Positions 36,701 to 47,200 of a DNA stretch of 64,000 nt are shown here, piece after piece; positions within the stretch are counted from its first letter, which is position 1, and the number at the start of each line of letters is the position of its first letter. The stretch lies in IMG/VR virus record IMGVR_UViG_3300025133_000066, positions 14,291 through 78,290 of that record, one strand, 5' to 3'. The notes beneath the pieces were generated by a model, which had not been told where the DNA came from, searched no databases, and worked only from the letters and a program-made list of their open reading frames with translations. The position numbers were made by a program, and so were the translations under genes. Source of the DNA: a virus.

Positions 36701-39700
36701 GTTGCCGATTAAATTATTAAAATCTAAAATTGTTGCGAAATAATTGATAATTTGTTGAGTTATCGCGCGATACATGCTTTTTTCTACCATAAAGTAGAAA
36801 CTAGATGGCCTTGTCTGCTTTGTAAAAAGTTGATCATCCTCAATATTAAAAACTTTGACCGTATCGTAAGAATTAACAATTTCCGGAGTTGTTTGCTGGG
36901 CAACTGGAACAAATTCCATGTTTATAATACTCGTATCATTGGGATAAAAGAGATCTCCTCGCCCAGTATGTTGAGATCCTAAAACATTTCCCAACCAATC
37001 ATATCTTTGGCGTGTAATCGCAGATCCAGAGGAGAAATCAACTATATTAAAGCCAGCATCTGGCACAGTTGACACTCCTCCGCCGGCATCAGTAGTTGTT
37101 ATTTGATCGAAGCTCCAGTGGAGAGCCAACGTCTCCATTTGTGGTATTTCTACATTTCCAATTGATGTAACAAAATTATATGTATTTTGATAAGGAGAAT
37201 ATACTCCAAAATTATCATTGTCGCGGGCATGCGACTTAATGACAGAATTATTAAGGTAACTCATCCAATATCTCGTGGATGAAAACTTAAGATCTGAACT
37301 CTGGATAAGAGAGCCCGTGAAATTTTGCCTATGTGCCCCCATATACACCCTTTTGGGTGTCGTCAACAGCTTGTCACCGTCGACTGCGATTGAAGAAGTT
37401 AATATTCTTTCTTCTTGGACAACATCAACTATGGTATTAAGTGCATATAACTCTACAAGATAGTTTGTTATTGTAGAACCAGACACAAGATCCGCGTCTG
37501 TTTTCTCTGGAGATACTCTTAGGGCCAGATTCCACTTCTTATTATCATAAAGATCCTTTATGATCGAGCTTCTTTCTTCAATTCCGAAAAAAGAACTCGT
37601 AATCATAAGGTGGCCGTCCTTAATATTGCTATTTGTGGCGGGCCTTATGGCATATACTTGCAAATCATAATCGGTTGCTGGCCAAGTAAAGTCAGTTGGG
37701 GCTGTAGAGTCTGCCGAATGGAATCCAAAGATTGAAGATGTGATAAACGGAGTGGGATAATATACATTATTGCTAATAATCTTCTTTTTGGGAAATATAA
37801 CTTCTGTTTCATAGGTAAAAGAAGTATAAGTTTCTAAAGTTCCTCCAGATGCTGATATAAAAGATACCGAATCTGGGTTTCCAGAAGCAGTCTGTTGATA
37901 AATCGTGCCTGCGAAGTTGTCAGGCTTATAAAAGTCTATGAATTTTTTCTTTGTCGACGAAAAATCATAATTTTCATTTAGATTATAAACAAGATTGTTG
38001 GCATATGCGTTAATTTTTATTAAATTTTCATCTACGCCATAACAACGGATTAGTTGCTTAAAAGATCTTGAAGTGCCCTTCGATTTATAAATATCAACTA
38101 TATTATTATAGATATTTTTATAAATCATATTCTTTGTATCAAACAAGCTGTCCGCGAACTCTTTTTTCTCATCTCTATTGAAGATCTGATTTATCACAGA
38201 TGAATCTACGAATATTTCTGGTGCGACGAGACCAACGCCTTCCAACAACTCTCCAGCGAAAGGTATTGGCTTATCACCGGAACTTACATAAGAAATGTTC
38301 TTAATTTTATTTATTTGTTCTATCTGCAAATGAAGAGTGTCAAAATAGCTGGACATAATTTGAGTTAGGCGCTTTAATTCTCCATCGCTGTCGTTGTCAC
38401 CATCTATAATCCAATTTGGGAAACCATTATATAGAGATGTTGTATTATTATAATCATGATATGAGCCAGATGCCAACATTTCTGTCAAAACGGTTTGAAC
38501 TGCTGGATTTTCGGGATAGATAATCGGATCTTTGAATTCGGATGCTGCCGCGTTTGCCTCTACCATCGCTGAATCTGTTGTTCTGGAATTTGTGGTATAA
38601 CCTGTCCATGATCCATTTGAAACGCGGCCAGAATAATCGAGGACGCTAGAATCGATTGAATTAATTCCGGAGATTCCTTCATTAAATTTGTAATAAACAC
38701 CAAGAGTTGTATTTGCTATATCTGTATTGGTTCCTCCGTAAACTTGTGTGAACCAATATCGACTAATGTCTTCCGAAGTTCTCTGGGTTTTCCAATAGCG
38801 GAATTCATCAAGGGAGCCGGTTAATTTACCATCGCCAAGAATTGTGTCCGAGCCAGGATAATTAGCAACCAATGCCCCAATGTTGGCTTGCAGGGATCCC
38901 GTTATCTCAACGGGCTGGGATCCAACAATAAGATCTGTTTCTACTAAATTTCCGTTTAAATATAGCCTCCACAGGGCATCAGAGCCAGTATTTGCATAAG
39001 ATACTGCAAAATGATTCCACGATCCACTTGTCGTGGCAAAATAAGAAGTTATGTCTTCAAAGAAGATGTTATCAACGCCGTCTCCCCTAAATAGGCAGTC
39101 AAGATAAGTTGTTGTGCCATCCCGGTCGCGGGCCAACGATATATTAAATCTTCCGTCATTTGAGCCGCTTAAATCAAAAATCGTCTCATAAGTGTGATAT
39201 GTTGGAAGTGCAGACGCAGGAGGGGCCCATGTCGGCTTCTTTAACCAAAATTCTACTGTTACACCATTGTCCGGATCACATTTGAGATTACTCTCTCTCG
39301 TTCCTTTCCCCGTAAATCCAACATTATCATAAATATCTGTGTCGTAAATGTTTGAATCATCGAAGGTTTCATGAATCGGCTTTCCAATCATTCCTTGGGA
39401 AGCAGTGTGGGGGCCCGCGTATAAATGAATGTATTCTAGGGGTACTGATGTTGGCCAGAATTTGATGCCGCCGTCGTCGTTGTAGTCAATTCCTGCATAA
39501 CCACCCTCTCCGTGGTTTATATATCCATTTCTTCTTGGATATTTATTATCCAATAACCATAGGTCGATATATGTTGACTCATTTAGGAATTCTTGTTTTT
39601 CTTTTGAGGATCCGTCATAAGGATATTCTTCATAAATTCTTGTTATGGCATCTTGATAATATTGTTCAGCAGATCCATATCTGGCGAAGTTTTCTGGATT

Positions 39701-39850
39701 TGAAAAGTCTACTTGGGGAATAAATCGATTTTTATTTTTCCAAGTCTCTGTAATATTTTCTAGAGATTCTCCATCCTTTCGTATATTTTCGGGTGTTTCT
39801 GAAAATATTTGGGATGGGTTGTCGCCATCAAAAAGGTTTCTTATACTCAT
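30716..39850 (-). CDS. Giant (~3,040 aa) virion/baseplate protein with LamG/concanavalin-like domain(s)
   Basis: Start moved to ATG 39850 (ATGA overlap). LamG pattern TVEFWLK...WNHFAVSY...LYLNG...GSLDEFRYW; IYKSKGT..F..LIRCYG resembles baseplate wedge proteins. Confidence 0.75.
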   Translation of the reverse strand: MSIRNLFDGDNPSQIFSETPENIRKDGESLENITETWKNKNRFIPQVDFSNPENFARYGSAEQYYQDAITRIYEEYPYDGSSKEKQEFLNESTYIDLWLLDNKYPRRNGYINHGEGGYAGIDYNDDGGIKFWPTSVPLEYIHLYAGPHTASQGMIGKPIHETFDDSNIYDTDIYDNVGFTGKGTRESNLKCDPDNGVTVEFWLKKPTWAPPASALPTYHTYETIFDLSGSNDGRFNISLARDRDGTTTYLDCLFRGDGVDNIFFEDITSYFATTSGSWNHFAVSYANTGSDALWRLYLNGNLVETDLIVGSQPVEITGSLQANIGALVANYPGSDTILGDGKLTGSLDEFRYWKTQRTSEDISRYWFTQVYGGTNTDIANTTLGVYYKFNEGISGINSIDSSVLDYSGRVSNGSWTGYTTNSRTTDSAMVEANAAASEFKDPIIYPENPAVQTVLTEMLASGSYHDYNNTTSLYNGFPNWIIDGDNDSDGELKRLTQIMSSYFDTLHLQIEQINKIKNISYVSSGDKPIPFAGELLEGVGLVAPEIFVDSSVINQIFNRDEKKEFADSLFDTKNMIYKNIYNNIVDIYKSKGTSRSFKQLIRCYGVDENLIKINAYANNLVYNLNENYDFSSTKKKFIDFYKPDNFAGTIYQQTASGNPDSVSFISASGGTLETYTSFTYETEVIFPKKKIISNNVYYPTPFITSSIFGFHSADSTAPTDFTWPATDYDLQVYAIRPATNSNIKDGHLMITSSFFGIEERSSIIKDLYDNKKWNLALRVSPEKTDADLVSGSTITNYLVELYALNTIVDVVQEERILTSSIAVDGDKLLTTPKRVYMGAHRQNFTGSLIQSSDLKFSSTRYWMSYLNNSVIKSHARDNDNFGVYSPYQNTYNFVTSIGNVEIPQMETLALHWSFDQITTTDAGGGVSTVPDAGFNIVDFSSGSAITRQRYDWLGNVLGSQHTGRGDLFYPNDTSIINMEFVPVAQQTTPEIVNSYDTVKVFNIEDDQLFTKQTRPSSFYFMVEKSMYRAITQQIINYFATILDFNNLIGNPVNRYRQEYKDLQKLRHLFFEKVQNEPDIERYIEYYKWIDSSLGQMIMDLFPASVVKQDGIRTVVESHILERNKYWNKYPTVDLKQDDPEAAARGINEMLYNWEYGHHPVSDAQNESCFWWKEKAERNKAPLATGDAGVDADKEQILSVTLSALNRKLSTPLKLNIIRSNDIHGGLTSNNNNIRTNVKSAIQFGNSSGVIIRESQVKGLKDCNDVLDPHLKKKFSFEATNTADESGYATGEGDFLAPFVPVSSSVTTGYNSKINTDFKPGFGVNNLHIDSYEDYEVPLQGPFTEKWVGGNQHRHIPLNQGTDTVTDRPEAWALEFQTGPTAMKFVHQPVNSPRAVFYRDLVAKRSLNIKNIKDNMTTGELGNYSQDYQIVQTCGRTENNSAFVKAGGFEASEIPSPFVAGLDDYVKLQRGRSAWVFVNRFSCPGDASTAGDSDGGPGLDPEAAEFSVYNDINYRNFAVRDPYRLLLASHVNQFGYYADTFNIGVGSSSVNSLNYDGTGSIYQVNRNPIKQMKDSGATTVTASVYDNFYVQHPIPRTDLQYAWITASAISYDTFGYLPYSGEGDLVTFSSASDYVSIHYQKNPFAGPPAQNFYVFGFDKNSLPVLGTGGSYSFTSSYYIPTVYNWLNYNVYEPLEYSNSFIGYGPSAANISDYVNSALIPDGFTNQDAFDYDAGPAALLNAILLKRNGPYQHPSWKQIRGNENPLVKKWNSSNITAYNLENDSFKLREDPPIISKYKPLRHILTTATPNLTSGPYTPSLATIKINSSYGSEKTFFANRAISTDLNITNDNVTTSYERILSLYTNGALLNINNPIQGIDYFAYGEQIYPAAINCYSTRNRARVGYQNTFWRDSRLDRTTLGESKFGGGENSQGFVVSQSAWSIDTAEQFGTGLSTYIAESASIGAAGELQNDYTFAFRLFNQAVTGLQADLKPSPTYARKHTLGSIHSSLNRSGPASLRAVATSSNYLMANEITGNNWPSVSLFNSLGHLSIFGGNAKFEAHTLAGYVEDGSFVSSPSTPFYDKYELYNLNMRLKNKDMSLIPEFRISDHIQKYISDGFNSNNSASFSIFGVNEDNIQTVLYTTIDGNGASYAIQTSDNTPQNSSEPDFYKIYSFSDFMEYFEVISDEHDQFTGLPKNLTLSCKALMKFIPYDGFYPVERTLEIAKEFKTSFLDESAIVPDDKYGLPADVDILKYRPILATMFAPGVMFNTIKSGVAVDYPIYTDDWTPVRIANSGGVGSTTDDSDYYLVGVGSGPGGGDAWDYRVPFEALLEPESFDDFDIKIYDMEPHPSASASSSANTGKFWTEIRNAPTDPRNPYKLMINNFLGEVPKFFLKNESLSSISSVSEDNFIPLKSGSFYGMRIKMYRSTVGNRGFGGGAGNQHPYPQDLFFNNDNFETMTMYSRPSAFGPPVAGAPNVDRNTGATVNTGPNNYSLADATQGYYPSHTPPYYNGEAWLDIIYEASADGTPTLDQIFNDAALKYWRIDKKNLDSMVIPSIESWPSTGSGTGYPMYKDNVNGFAMQLSSSLNIFQKEYVPSDADPSTNVLRWTIQTKFETPIMNFGDTTERPLNFDVIATPTTGTGAEEPWEGYGGITTTPIGMWHQFGLIPEENKGIFLEVADIDRSWLETRADDSDITAFYNGGDVKSLAQNLGFIPKQNPGRPVRQAKNTKKLGQLSDSRTVYEAIVAVPFVVNIKKTAKKIKIGNLARRSFFELPTNDVYSIAWSSAPIEDRFPSLPFANISWAEYVSGISQDLSDKMLVDEDVLQMADKIKNKYVFPPEFDFIRNLSAKPVAMYIFEFEHTFDKNDLSYIWQNIAPKFGTQFKESTATISHPLLKNKQMLKDLQDEVRWMVFKVKQRAETNYYDNLAESTKKTSALSAEDQLVFGYNWPYDYFSMVEFAKIDATVSYGDDGLAALAKTAPVSTTGLPPDLNTDVGQANASSAAQNKNSAAAVQAGVVANIDIQKRDIGPSSGFTPTIPPSEED

Positions 39851-42048
39851 ACTTCTTCTACCCTGAATTTCCACTCATAAGGCTGCCCAACATAACTATC
39901 AACTGTTTCGTTGTAATAAGCTATCTTAATCCCATAAGAATACCCAGGTTCTAGAAGATCCATTTCCAAATCAAAATAATTTCCACTCATATCAAAAGAC
40001 ATTTGCGTCCCTCTATCACTTCCCGTATTATATGGAATTACGATTAAATCATCGATTACCCTATGAACTTGATAAGATGCACTTTCATTAACAAGTGTGT
40101 CTGTTATTGTAGTAGCTACTGTATAAATAGTCGGGCTCCAATCTTTTTGTCGTTCATAAAATCTGAATCTTGCCGTTTCAGAAGTGGTGTAAACCGACCT
40201 GAGATTTGTAAGTGTTGTCACTAAATTTCCATAGGGATTGTGTGTGCTTGCTGCATATTGTTTTACATCAAAAGTTCCGGTGTGATAAACATCTGACAAT
40301 CCAGAGCTATACCACCTATCATATACTGTGCTGACGGTCGTGTCTAGAGCAAAAGATGCCGAATAAATACCAAGTGAAACATAGCCCCCTGTTATGGGAG
40401 TCGGGGTTAAATCTGTTCCTGCCGATACTGATGTATACACTTTAACATAAATTTCACCGGTTCCAACTGCTGGAATGTTTCTTAATCTTCCCCCTATCAC
40501 ATTATAAAGATAGAGTGTTCTCATATTATCCGCTGCGGGGACTAGAGAGCTACTTGCATAGAAGTTTCCCCTGTCGTCTTTTATTGAGGAATCCCACCGG
40601 GCCTGAATTGCTGGTCTTGAGAAGAAGAACTCTGTTCCTCTTCCAAAAAATTTCTTTGTGTAATATGTTTCCTTTGCTCCGCCGGCATTAATTAATTGGC
40701 CATCTGACTCTCGGCCCACGGTTCCGTTTTGGCCGGAGCATGAGCCAGTTACGATAGCCATGCCTCCCGAACCGGTGGCATAAAGATTCGCGGTACCAAC
40801 CCTGTCATAAATACTTATTTCTGTTGGGGGAGTTCCAAGATTAATTTCATCTCTAGGATCATCGCCGTGAACCCACCAATTTGAGAGATTTTCATAAATA
40901 GAAAGCTCTTTAATTGGGGCCGGACATGCGCCGTTATAAAGCTCAGTTATTTCTCCGGGACTTAAAATTTTGTTAAAAGATGCTACATCGTCTATAAATC
41001 CATTAAAATTATAGGAAACTCCCGATCTTGAGCCTCCAATAGCAAACATATCGACATCAGTTAATGCAGAACCTGCGCCCTGTATGACCGTTGCAGAAGC
41101 GGAGATTGAGTTTATATAAATTGAGGGAATATCTGCTGAGTCTTGAGTGTCAGTCACTACTATGTGGGTCCAGGTGTTCGGGGGGAGGGAATCATCAGTT
41201 GTTATTGTGGTGGTACCTCCGGAGTACATCTTTCTATAAGTAATTGCGGTGCCGGCAGGGTCTATTTGCAAAACCCTCCGGAGGTGGTGATCGACCTCTC
41301 TCTCCCAAAAAAGTACATATCTCGTGCCCGTGTTGTTAGATTGCTTAATCCAGGCGGATATTGTAGAATCGTTTTCCTGATCGGTATCTGATGTTCCTGA
41401 AAGGAACGCTAAACCGTCAAAATGTACGGCTTCTCTTGGGTAATATTCTGCGAAATAAGCTTCCTGGCTCGATGTTAGATGAACACCGATGCCATAATTT
41501 GTAATTGTCCCAGCAATCCAGTCCTCAACAAGTGGAGTTATATCAATTTCTAAATCTTCGTTTCCAATTGGAAAGGTTTGAGAATAAACCGGAGAAGTTA
41601 AATAATCTCCACCTTCCCTTGTCCAAGGATCGCCTTGTCCTGCATTAATCCAGTTGGATCCGACATTTCCTTTTGTTACATCTTTATATTCTTCCATATC
41701 CAGACCAGTACCCTCTTGCCAAGATTGGGATATGGGAAGAACTACCAATTTAAGCTCTCGCGGCAATGTTTGATTGCTGCACGCATTGTACATATTGAGA
41801 TAGAAACTAACACTGCCAGAAGCAGGAATAATATTGCTCGCCCTGTCTGCTGTTATTTGATTAATTGGAAACTCAATTAATATTCTCTCAAGCTCGGTTG
41901 ATCCCGATGATTGTTGTGCATAAATAGAAAATGTTTCAAGGACATCCGAAAGTCCCATATTTGCACCAGTGCCACGAGTTCGCAAATTGGCCCTAAATGC
42001 ATTGGTTATGGTGTTGTCTTTATCAGCATAATATTTTTTTATAGCCAT
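39847..42048 (-). CDS. Virion structural protein with inserted LamG domain
   Basis: TISAWIK...WTHIVVT...IYIN...FNGFIDDVASFNKILS..EI..LYN within a beta-rich scaffold. Confidence 0.75.
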   Translation of the reverse strand: MAIKKYYADKDNTITNAFRANLRTRGTGANMGLSDVLETFSIYAQQSSGSTELERILIEFPINQITADRASNIIPASGSVSFYLNMYNACSNQTLPRELKLVVLPISQSWQEGTGLDMEEYKDVTKGNVGSNWINAGQGDPWTREGGDYLTSPVYSQTFPIGNEDLEIDITPLVEDWIAGTITNYGIGVHLTSSQEAYFAEYYPREAVHFDGLAFLSGTSDTDQENDSTISAWIKQSNNTGTRYVLFWEREVDHHLRRVLQIDPAGTAITYRKMYSGGTTTITTDDSLPPNTWTHIVVTDTQDSADIPSIYINSISASATVIQGAGSALTDVDMFAIGGSRSGVSYNFNGFIDDVASFNKILSPGEITELYNGACPAPIKELSIYENLSNWWVHGDDPRDEINLGTPPTEISIYDRVGTANLYATGSGGMAIVTGSCSGQNGTVGRESDGQLINAGGAKETYYTKKFFGRGTEFFFSRPAIQARWDSSIKDDRGNFYASSSLVPAADNMRTLYLYNVIGGRLRNIPAVGTGEIYVKVYTSVSAGTDLTPTPITGGYVSLGIYSASFALDTTVSTVYDRWYSSGLSDVYHTGTFDVKQYAASTHNPYGNLVTTLTNLRSVYTTSETARFRFYERQKDWSPTIYTVATTITDTLVNESASYQVHRVIDDLIVIPYNTGSDRGTQMSFDMSGNYFDLEMDLLEPGYSYGIKIAYYNETVDSYVGQPYEWKFRVEEV

Positions 42049-43841
42049 TACCTAACGACTCCTCGGATATCTACCGTTGGAAATTTGATTTCGAAACAAA
42101 CATTAGATGGGCACGACAAGTATCTACCATCTGCTGACATATTTTCTTCTATGGAAAAAGACAAATCAGAGTATCTCATGCCATTTTTATTTACCAGAAA
42201 AACATTTTGTGTATCAACGACGCCTCGAACACGATTAAGTTCATAATAAATATCTGTTAAATAAAGCGGTTCTCCCATTTGTAGTGCTCTATTGTATCTT
42301 TCTGCTAAAATATTTATACATTTAGCATATACGTCAGATGCATTATAATCTGGATCTCCAATGATCTCAAAATTAATTTCAATATTAACAATTTTTCCGT
42401 TTATAATATCAACTGTATCATTGATCATTTTATAATCAGATATCCAAAACCTAAGATTTTCTTTTTGTGTATTATTGGATGAGATAAGTTTTCCATTTTG
42501 ATCAGAAGATAGGACGTATAAATTTAAATTTCTTTTAAAAGAATCCTGATCTAAAATAACATTGCATCGCGCGATGGCGCCATACTGTGCAGGCATCGAG
42601 TATACCATTGATTCATAATCATTACTTGTAACTGCTCTTTTTTGTGTTGCAAAATGTGATAAAGCTCGTTGTTTTATTTCTTCACCAGATGGCGAAACAG
42701 AGCTTCCTACAATAGGGTTCTCGTTAGTACACTCCAAAGATCTTCTTACTGATAGAATTTTTGAAGAATTTAGAGTTGTTATGTCATCAAAGGCGGATAT
42801 TATATTTGTTATGTTTCTAACTGTTCCTGTTTTTGCATTTGAATTAGCATTTGAGTTTTTTCTATAAGTTATTGTCAGCGTTGTATTTGAGGGAGAAACT
42901 CCTAATTTATCACTGGTCAACAATTTAGATGGATCCAAATTTACATCTGAAACATAGTCACGACCATATAATTGTATAGCAACCGAAGAAGGGTCTGCAA
43001 TCGGATTTATTTTTATTTCATCCTCGGAGCCATAACCAAATTGCAAGAAATAATTATCACCATCATAATCAAAAGTGAATCTCCTGGGAACAATTACTGG
43101 TCTTAAATATTCTTTTACTGTATCTGTATTTTGACCCAAATTTGAAAAAGATTTATATATTATATTTTGTGTTAAATTGTCTACTTGAAAATATTCATTT
43201 CCGTCTGAATCTTCTACTGACATAATTTCGACAACATCTGTATCATCTAAGTCAATTTTTCTAAATCTAATATAATCCCCAACTGTGTATAAGCGTTGCT
43301 TGATCTCTCCAGATATTACCGCCCCCTTTGCTTTTACTGCGTAAGAGGTTGGAAGACCTGTTGTACCGTCTACTCGACCTACAACAATTTCATTAGCGGG
43401 ATTATCAAATCTAATATCTTCTACAGTTGTGAAGCTATTACCATTTGTTGTAGAAAATGTGGATCCTTGTTTTATTATAAGATAATAATTAGAATCAGGG
43501 CCAACGCCTAGTTCATTGGTTGGGATTAGTGCATACAGGGATATTTCTCCTAGCGACGAGGCCACGTTCTGATATTTATATCCAAGCTGCCTAGATAGCT
43601 TAATTATGTTAGATGTTTCAAACGCCGTATCCAAGAAAGATTCATTGACCTGATAATCAATAAAGTAAGACATTATATCGCCAACATATGAAACTGTATC
43701 TATCATCAAGGAACCAAACGAAGCGTCATTAAAATCTTGATAAACTTGGGGATAATATCTTTGTGCATAATCAACTAAAGATCTTTTAATAGAATTAAAA
43801 TCCCTAGCAGTATAATCTATTGAAACTTTTTTCTTGGCCAT
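42048..43841 (-). CDS. Baseplate wedge protein (T4 gp6 / baseplate J-like)
   Basis: DYTARDF..IK..L, DFNDASFG..ID..SYVGD, LGYK, FGYG and QKRAVTSNDY. Confidence 0.9.
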   Translation of the reverse strand: MAKKKVSIDYTARDFNSIKRSLVDYAQRYYPQVYQDFNDASFGSLMIDTVSYVGDIMSYFIDYQVNESFLDTAFETSNIIKLSRQLGYKYQNVASSLGEISLYALIPTNELGVGPDSNYYLIIKQGSTFSTTNGNSFTTVEDIRFDNPANEIVVGRVDGTTGLPTSYAVKAKGAVISGEIKQRLYTVGDYIRFRKIDLDDTDVVEIMSVEDSDGNEYFQVDNLTQNIIYKSFSNLGQNTDTVKEYLRPVIVPRRFTFDYDGDNYFLQFGYGSEDEIKINPIADPSSVAIQLYGRDYVSDVNLDPSKLLTSDKLGVSPSNTTLTITYRKNSNANSNAKTGTVRNITNIISAFDDITTLNSSKILSVRRSLECTNENPIVGSSVSPSGEEIKQRALSHFATQKRAVTSNDYESMVYSMPAQYGAIARCNVILDQDSFKRNLNLYVLSSDQNGKLISSNNTQKENLRFWISDYKMINDTVDIINGKIVNIEINFEIIGDPDYNASDVYAKCINILAERYNRALQMGEPLYLTDIYYELNRVRGVVDTQNVFLVNKNGMRYSDLSFSIEENMSADGRYLSCPSNVCFEIKFPTVDIRGVVR

Positions 43842-43854
43842 TTAATGTTTTTCC

Positions 43855-44256
43855 TTAAATAAAATCTGTATCGTTTGAGTCAATATCTAAATAAAGTACC
43901 TCTTTCAATGCGAATGATGGAATAAAATATGATATTTTTAGGCGCTTAGTATTATTATTAAGCTCGTCAGACTCAATTTGTATATTTGTTATGTTCACAT
44001 ATGGAATATATTTAGCTACTTGAGATAAGATATTTTGTTCAATAATCCCCGCATCAAAAAATCCCTCCTGATTAAAGAGATATCTGCTTATACCAACTCC
44101 AAAAGTCGGATCCATTACTCTTTCTCCAGGATTGGTTAATATTATCATTTTTAAATTCTGCTTTCCCACATCCTTAATAGTTTTTAACGACAAATACGGC
44201 CCATCTGTATCATCGTATTTTAATGGTAGCTTTGGAGAAAATCCATAAGACGACAT
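43855..44256 (-). CDS. Baseplate protein gp25-like
   Basis: QNLKMIILTNPGERVMDPTFGVG..YLF. Confidence 0.92.
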   Translation of the reverse strand: MSSYGFSPKLPLKYDDTDGPYLSLKTIKDVGKQNLKMIILTNPGERVMDPTFGVGISRYLFNQEGFFDAGIIEQNILSQVAKYIPYVNITNIQIESDELNNNTKRLKISYFIPSFALKEVLYLDIDSNDTDFI

Positions 44257-44257
44257 A

Positions 44258-47200
44258 TTAGCTTTCCTTTATCAATTGCATTGCAAAATTTTGTGAGTCT
44301 TCGAACAATTTTTTACTCCAATTCGGAGGCGGTGCGATATTTCCCAACGATTCATAGTTATAAATAGTTACCAAAGTCAATAAATTTTCTATATTCATGC
44401 CGGCATAATAAAAATCAACAAATTTTTCTGAATTTATTAAATTGTTTATCATCTCATTATCATCATATGAACCTATTATTAATTTATCAATTGTTTGATC
44501 GGGGATCTCCTCTTCAAAAGATATAATTGGCAATAAAAAAGAGGACCCCATTGTGCCACCCTTTAATAAAAAGGCTTTATTTTTATATCTTTCTGAATTT
44601 AAATCAGGATGATCTGTGGGATCAAAATCAGACTCTTCCACTCCTGATATATCAAGTGGGTACACCGAAGATATTCTAATTCCATATTTCCAACCATCTG
44701 GCCACGAGTCTGATATTTTATTGTGAACGGCTGTTGTCGAACTAATATAGGATTCCAAATCCGCAAGTCGTTGAATCCCACTTGGAATGCTCTCGGCGGT
44801 TGAAGGGCCTACATTAATATATTTCTCCACTCTTAGATAAGGGATCTCTGTAGTACGATCAAAAGAATCAACATTTCCCCACACATTCTTGACCTCTCCA
44901 TTGTTGAGAGTAGCGCCAAGTGATAGTGTTTTGATATTATATAGACCTCCAATCTGAATTAAACCTTTGATTATCGTGTAGCTGGTACTATTAAAATATT
45001 CCGATATTCTTTCGGTCACAAACAATGAAACTATATAATCGATGTCATCTTTATTGTCGTTCAAAACATCGCTCCTATTAGATATTTCTCCCCTTATCCA
45101 ACTTCTTATGACTTCATTAAAATTTTCCGTTATCTCTTCCAGATTATCATCTGTATTTTCAACAATTCCAGTCTCGACCAATTTTAAATAAATTTGACAA
45201 ATTGTTTCATAAAAATTCAGTTTTTCACTGCCAAATATTTGTGATAAATTATTTTTCACCAATTCGGATAACATTTTTTTAGTTTCAAGTGTTTCGGGAT
45301 TAAAACCAGCAAAAATTGAAGTACCCCTTAAAATAATCTCAGAAATTATTATATTGGTCAATAAAATCAAACCGGCATAGTTGGTGGTCAATTCTTCGGA
45401 CGATGTTGCCATATTAAATGGCACATATAAAGAGCCTTCTAAATTTAAATTTGCTTTTTTATATAAATCTCCCACTTGTTTCTCTATATCAGGGCTTCCC
45501 ACCAAAACACTAGAATTATCCTCAAGTTTATCATATAAATTTGTCCAATAAGACTTATCATATGCTGTTTTGCCCGAAGTGGGCAATATTTTATCTTTTA
45601 TTACATTCTGGTATCGAAATACATGAGTTTGCAAGGGAGAAGGCCGCTCTCCGAACGGAGTTGAAACTAAAAATCCAGTTTTTATTTTATTTCTCAGGCT
45701 TGCGACTGGAGAGAGAGAACCTTCTAACAATTCAGAAATTTTATGGGCCCCAGATTCCAAATTAGTTGTCGGAGGCACTTTATAACTTAAAATATTTTCC
45801 TTGTTAAAAGAGACACTCATATTTCCACTTGATTTCTGTGAAGATGCTATCTTAGGCTGATATAATGACATTTGAAAATTATCACCGTTAATTTCTGAGT
45901 CATATCCCACATCTTTTAAGCGGTTGGCGCGGGTTTTGAAAGCTTCCAATACAGTCAATGACGGCGCCGGTGACAAAAGTGCGGTTGGATCGAAAGGCAG
46001 GAGGGCCAAAAACTTTTGATTATTATAGCCCACAAAGGGAACACCATTGTTTCCCAGTATAACATCAAAAAATCCCTTGTTTTTATATAAATCATTATGA
46101 TAACTTTTATAAAATATTTCCAACTGCTTATTTATTCCTTCTACAAAATATTCAGCTTGTTTTTCTTTGATTTTTCCGTATACTGGTCCGTCTGGATCCA
46201 ATATACTTTCCATAGCTTGACCAAAAATGGGCGCCTGAGCATTCCCCATAGTGCTTGCTGAAAAACATAGTTTATCTTTCTGGATATTCTTTAAGACATC
46301 CTCCATTCTGGAAATTTGTTCTTCTGTTATGCCAGGTTTATTTTGAAGATATGCCCTGTCCAGCATATCTGTTTCTATTATACAAAATTCTACGGGAAGA
46401 GACGCATTATATAGATTATTAAAATAGTCTGCTTCCATCTTTGAAACATCCAGAAGTTTTCCAATTTCCAAGAATATTTGCTCTATATCAGAATAATTTT
46501 TTAAATAAACTTCGAGGGGGGTATCAGCAACCAACTGTCTTACTTTTTCGTAGGTTGTTCCTCCGGCTTCACCTTTAAATAATTTTATCTTTTCATATTC
46601 ACCCAAAGACACTGAAATTATTTTTAAAAAAGAATCAACTTCTTCAAGACTCAATTCCTGTGTTATATTTGCGGGTTCTCTAGCATCATATATTATTTGT
46701 CTGACACACTCATTAACTTCGGAACTCTCTTCTTTCTTATTATTTGCAACTTTATAAAAGGCATCGTGCATAAAATTTTCATTTTGAAATAAATCTGGAA
46801 TGTATCCGCCTCTCTTAAAATAATCGGTATCTCCCGAAACGCCGGCCGATATAATTTGAAATAATTGAGACATAGTAGATGTTATCAATCGGACAATGAG
46901 TCCAATAATTATATTTTTTATTTCTTCCACTACAATTGTTGCAAGAGAGGAAAATACTGAAGAACCACCACCAGAGGCCTCTGGTAATTTTGGCATATTT
47001 ATTCTTTTGCACGGATTTAAAGCTATTTTAGTTTTAATAATGCCTGAATGGCCGGTGGTGCACTTGCTTAAAACCCCAGTAGTTAAATCTGTAAAAAAAC
47101 CAATCCATCCCATCTCATCTGGGAATATATCTAACAGTGTGCTCAATAAGTCGTTAGGATTAATATATAAATTTACCGATTCTTTATATGCTCGGAACCT

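Noticed and set aside
24111-44368. Intragenic copies of the late motif (e.g. near 24111, 31081, 40122, 44359)
   Set aside because: A few chance matches are expected in AT-rich DNA, and these are about 100 nt or more from start codons, so they were not called.
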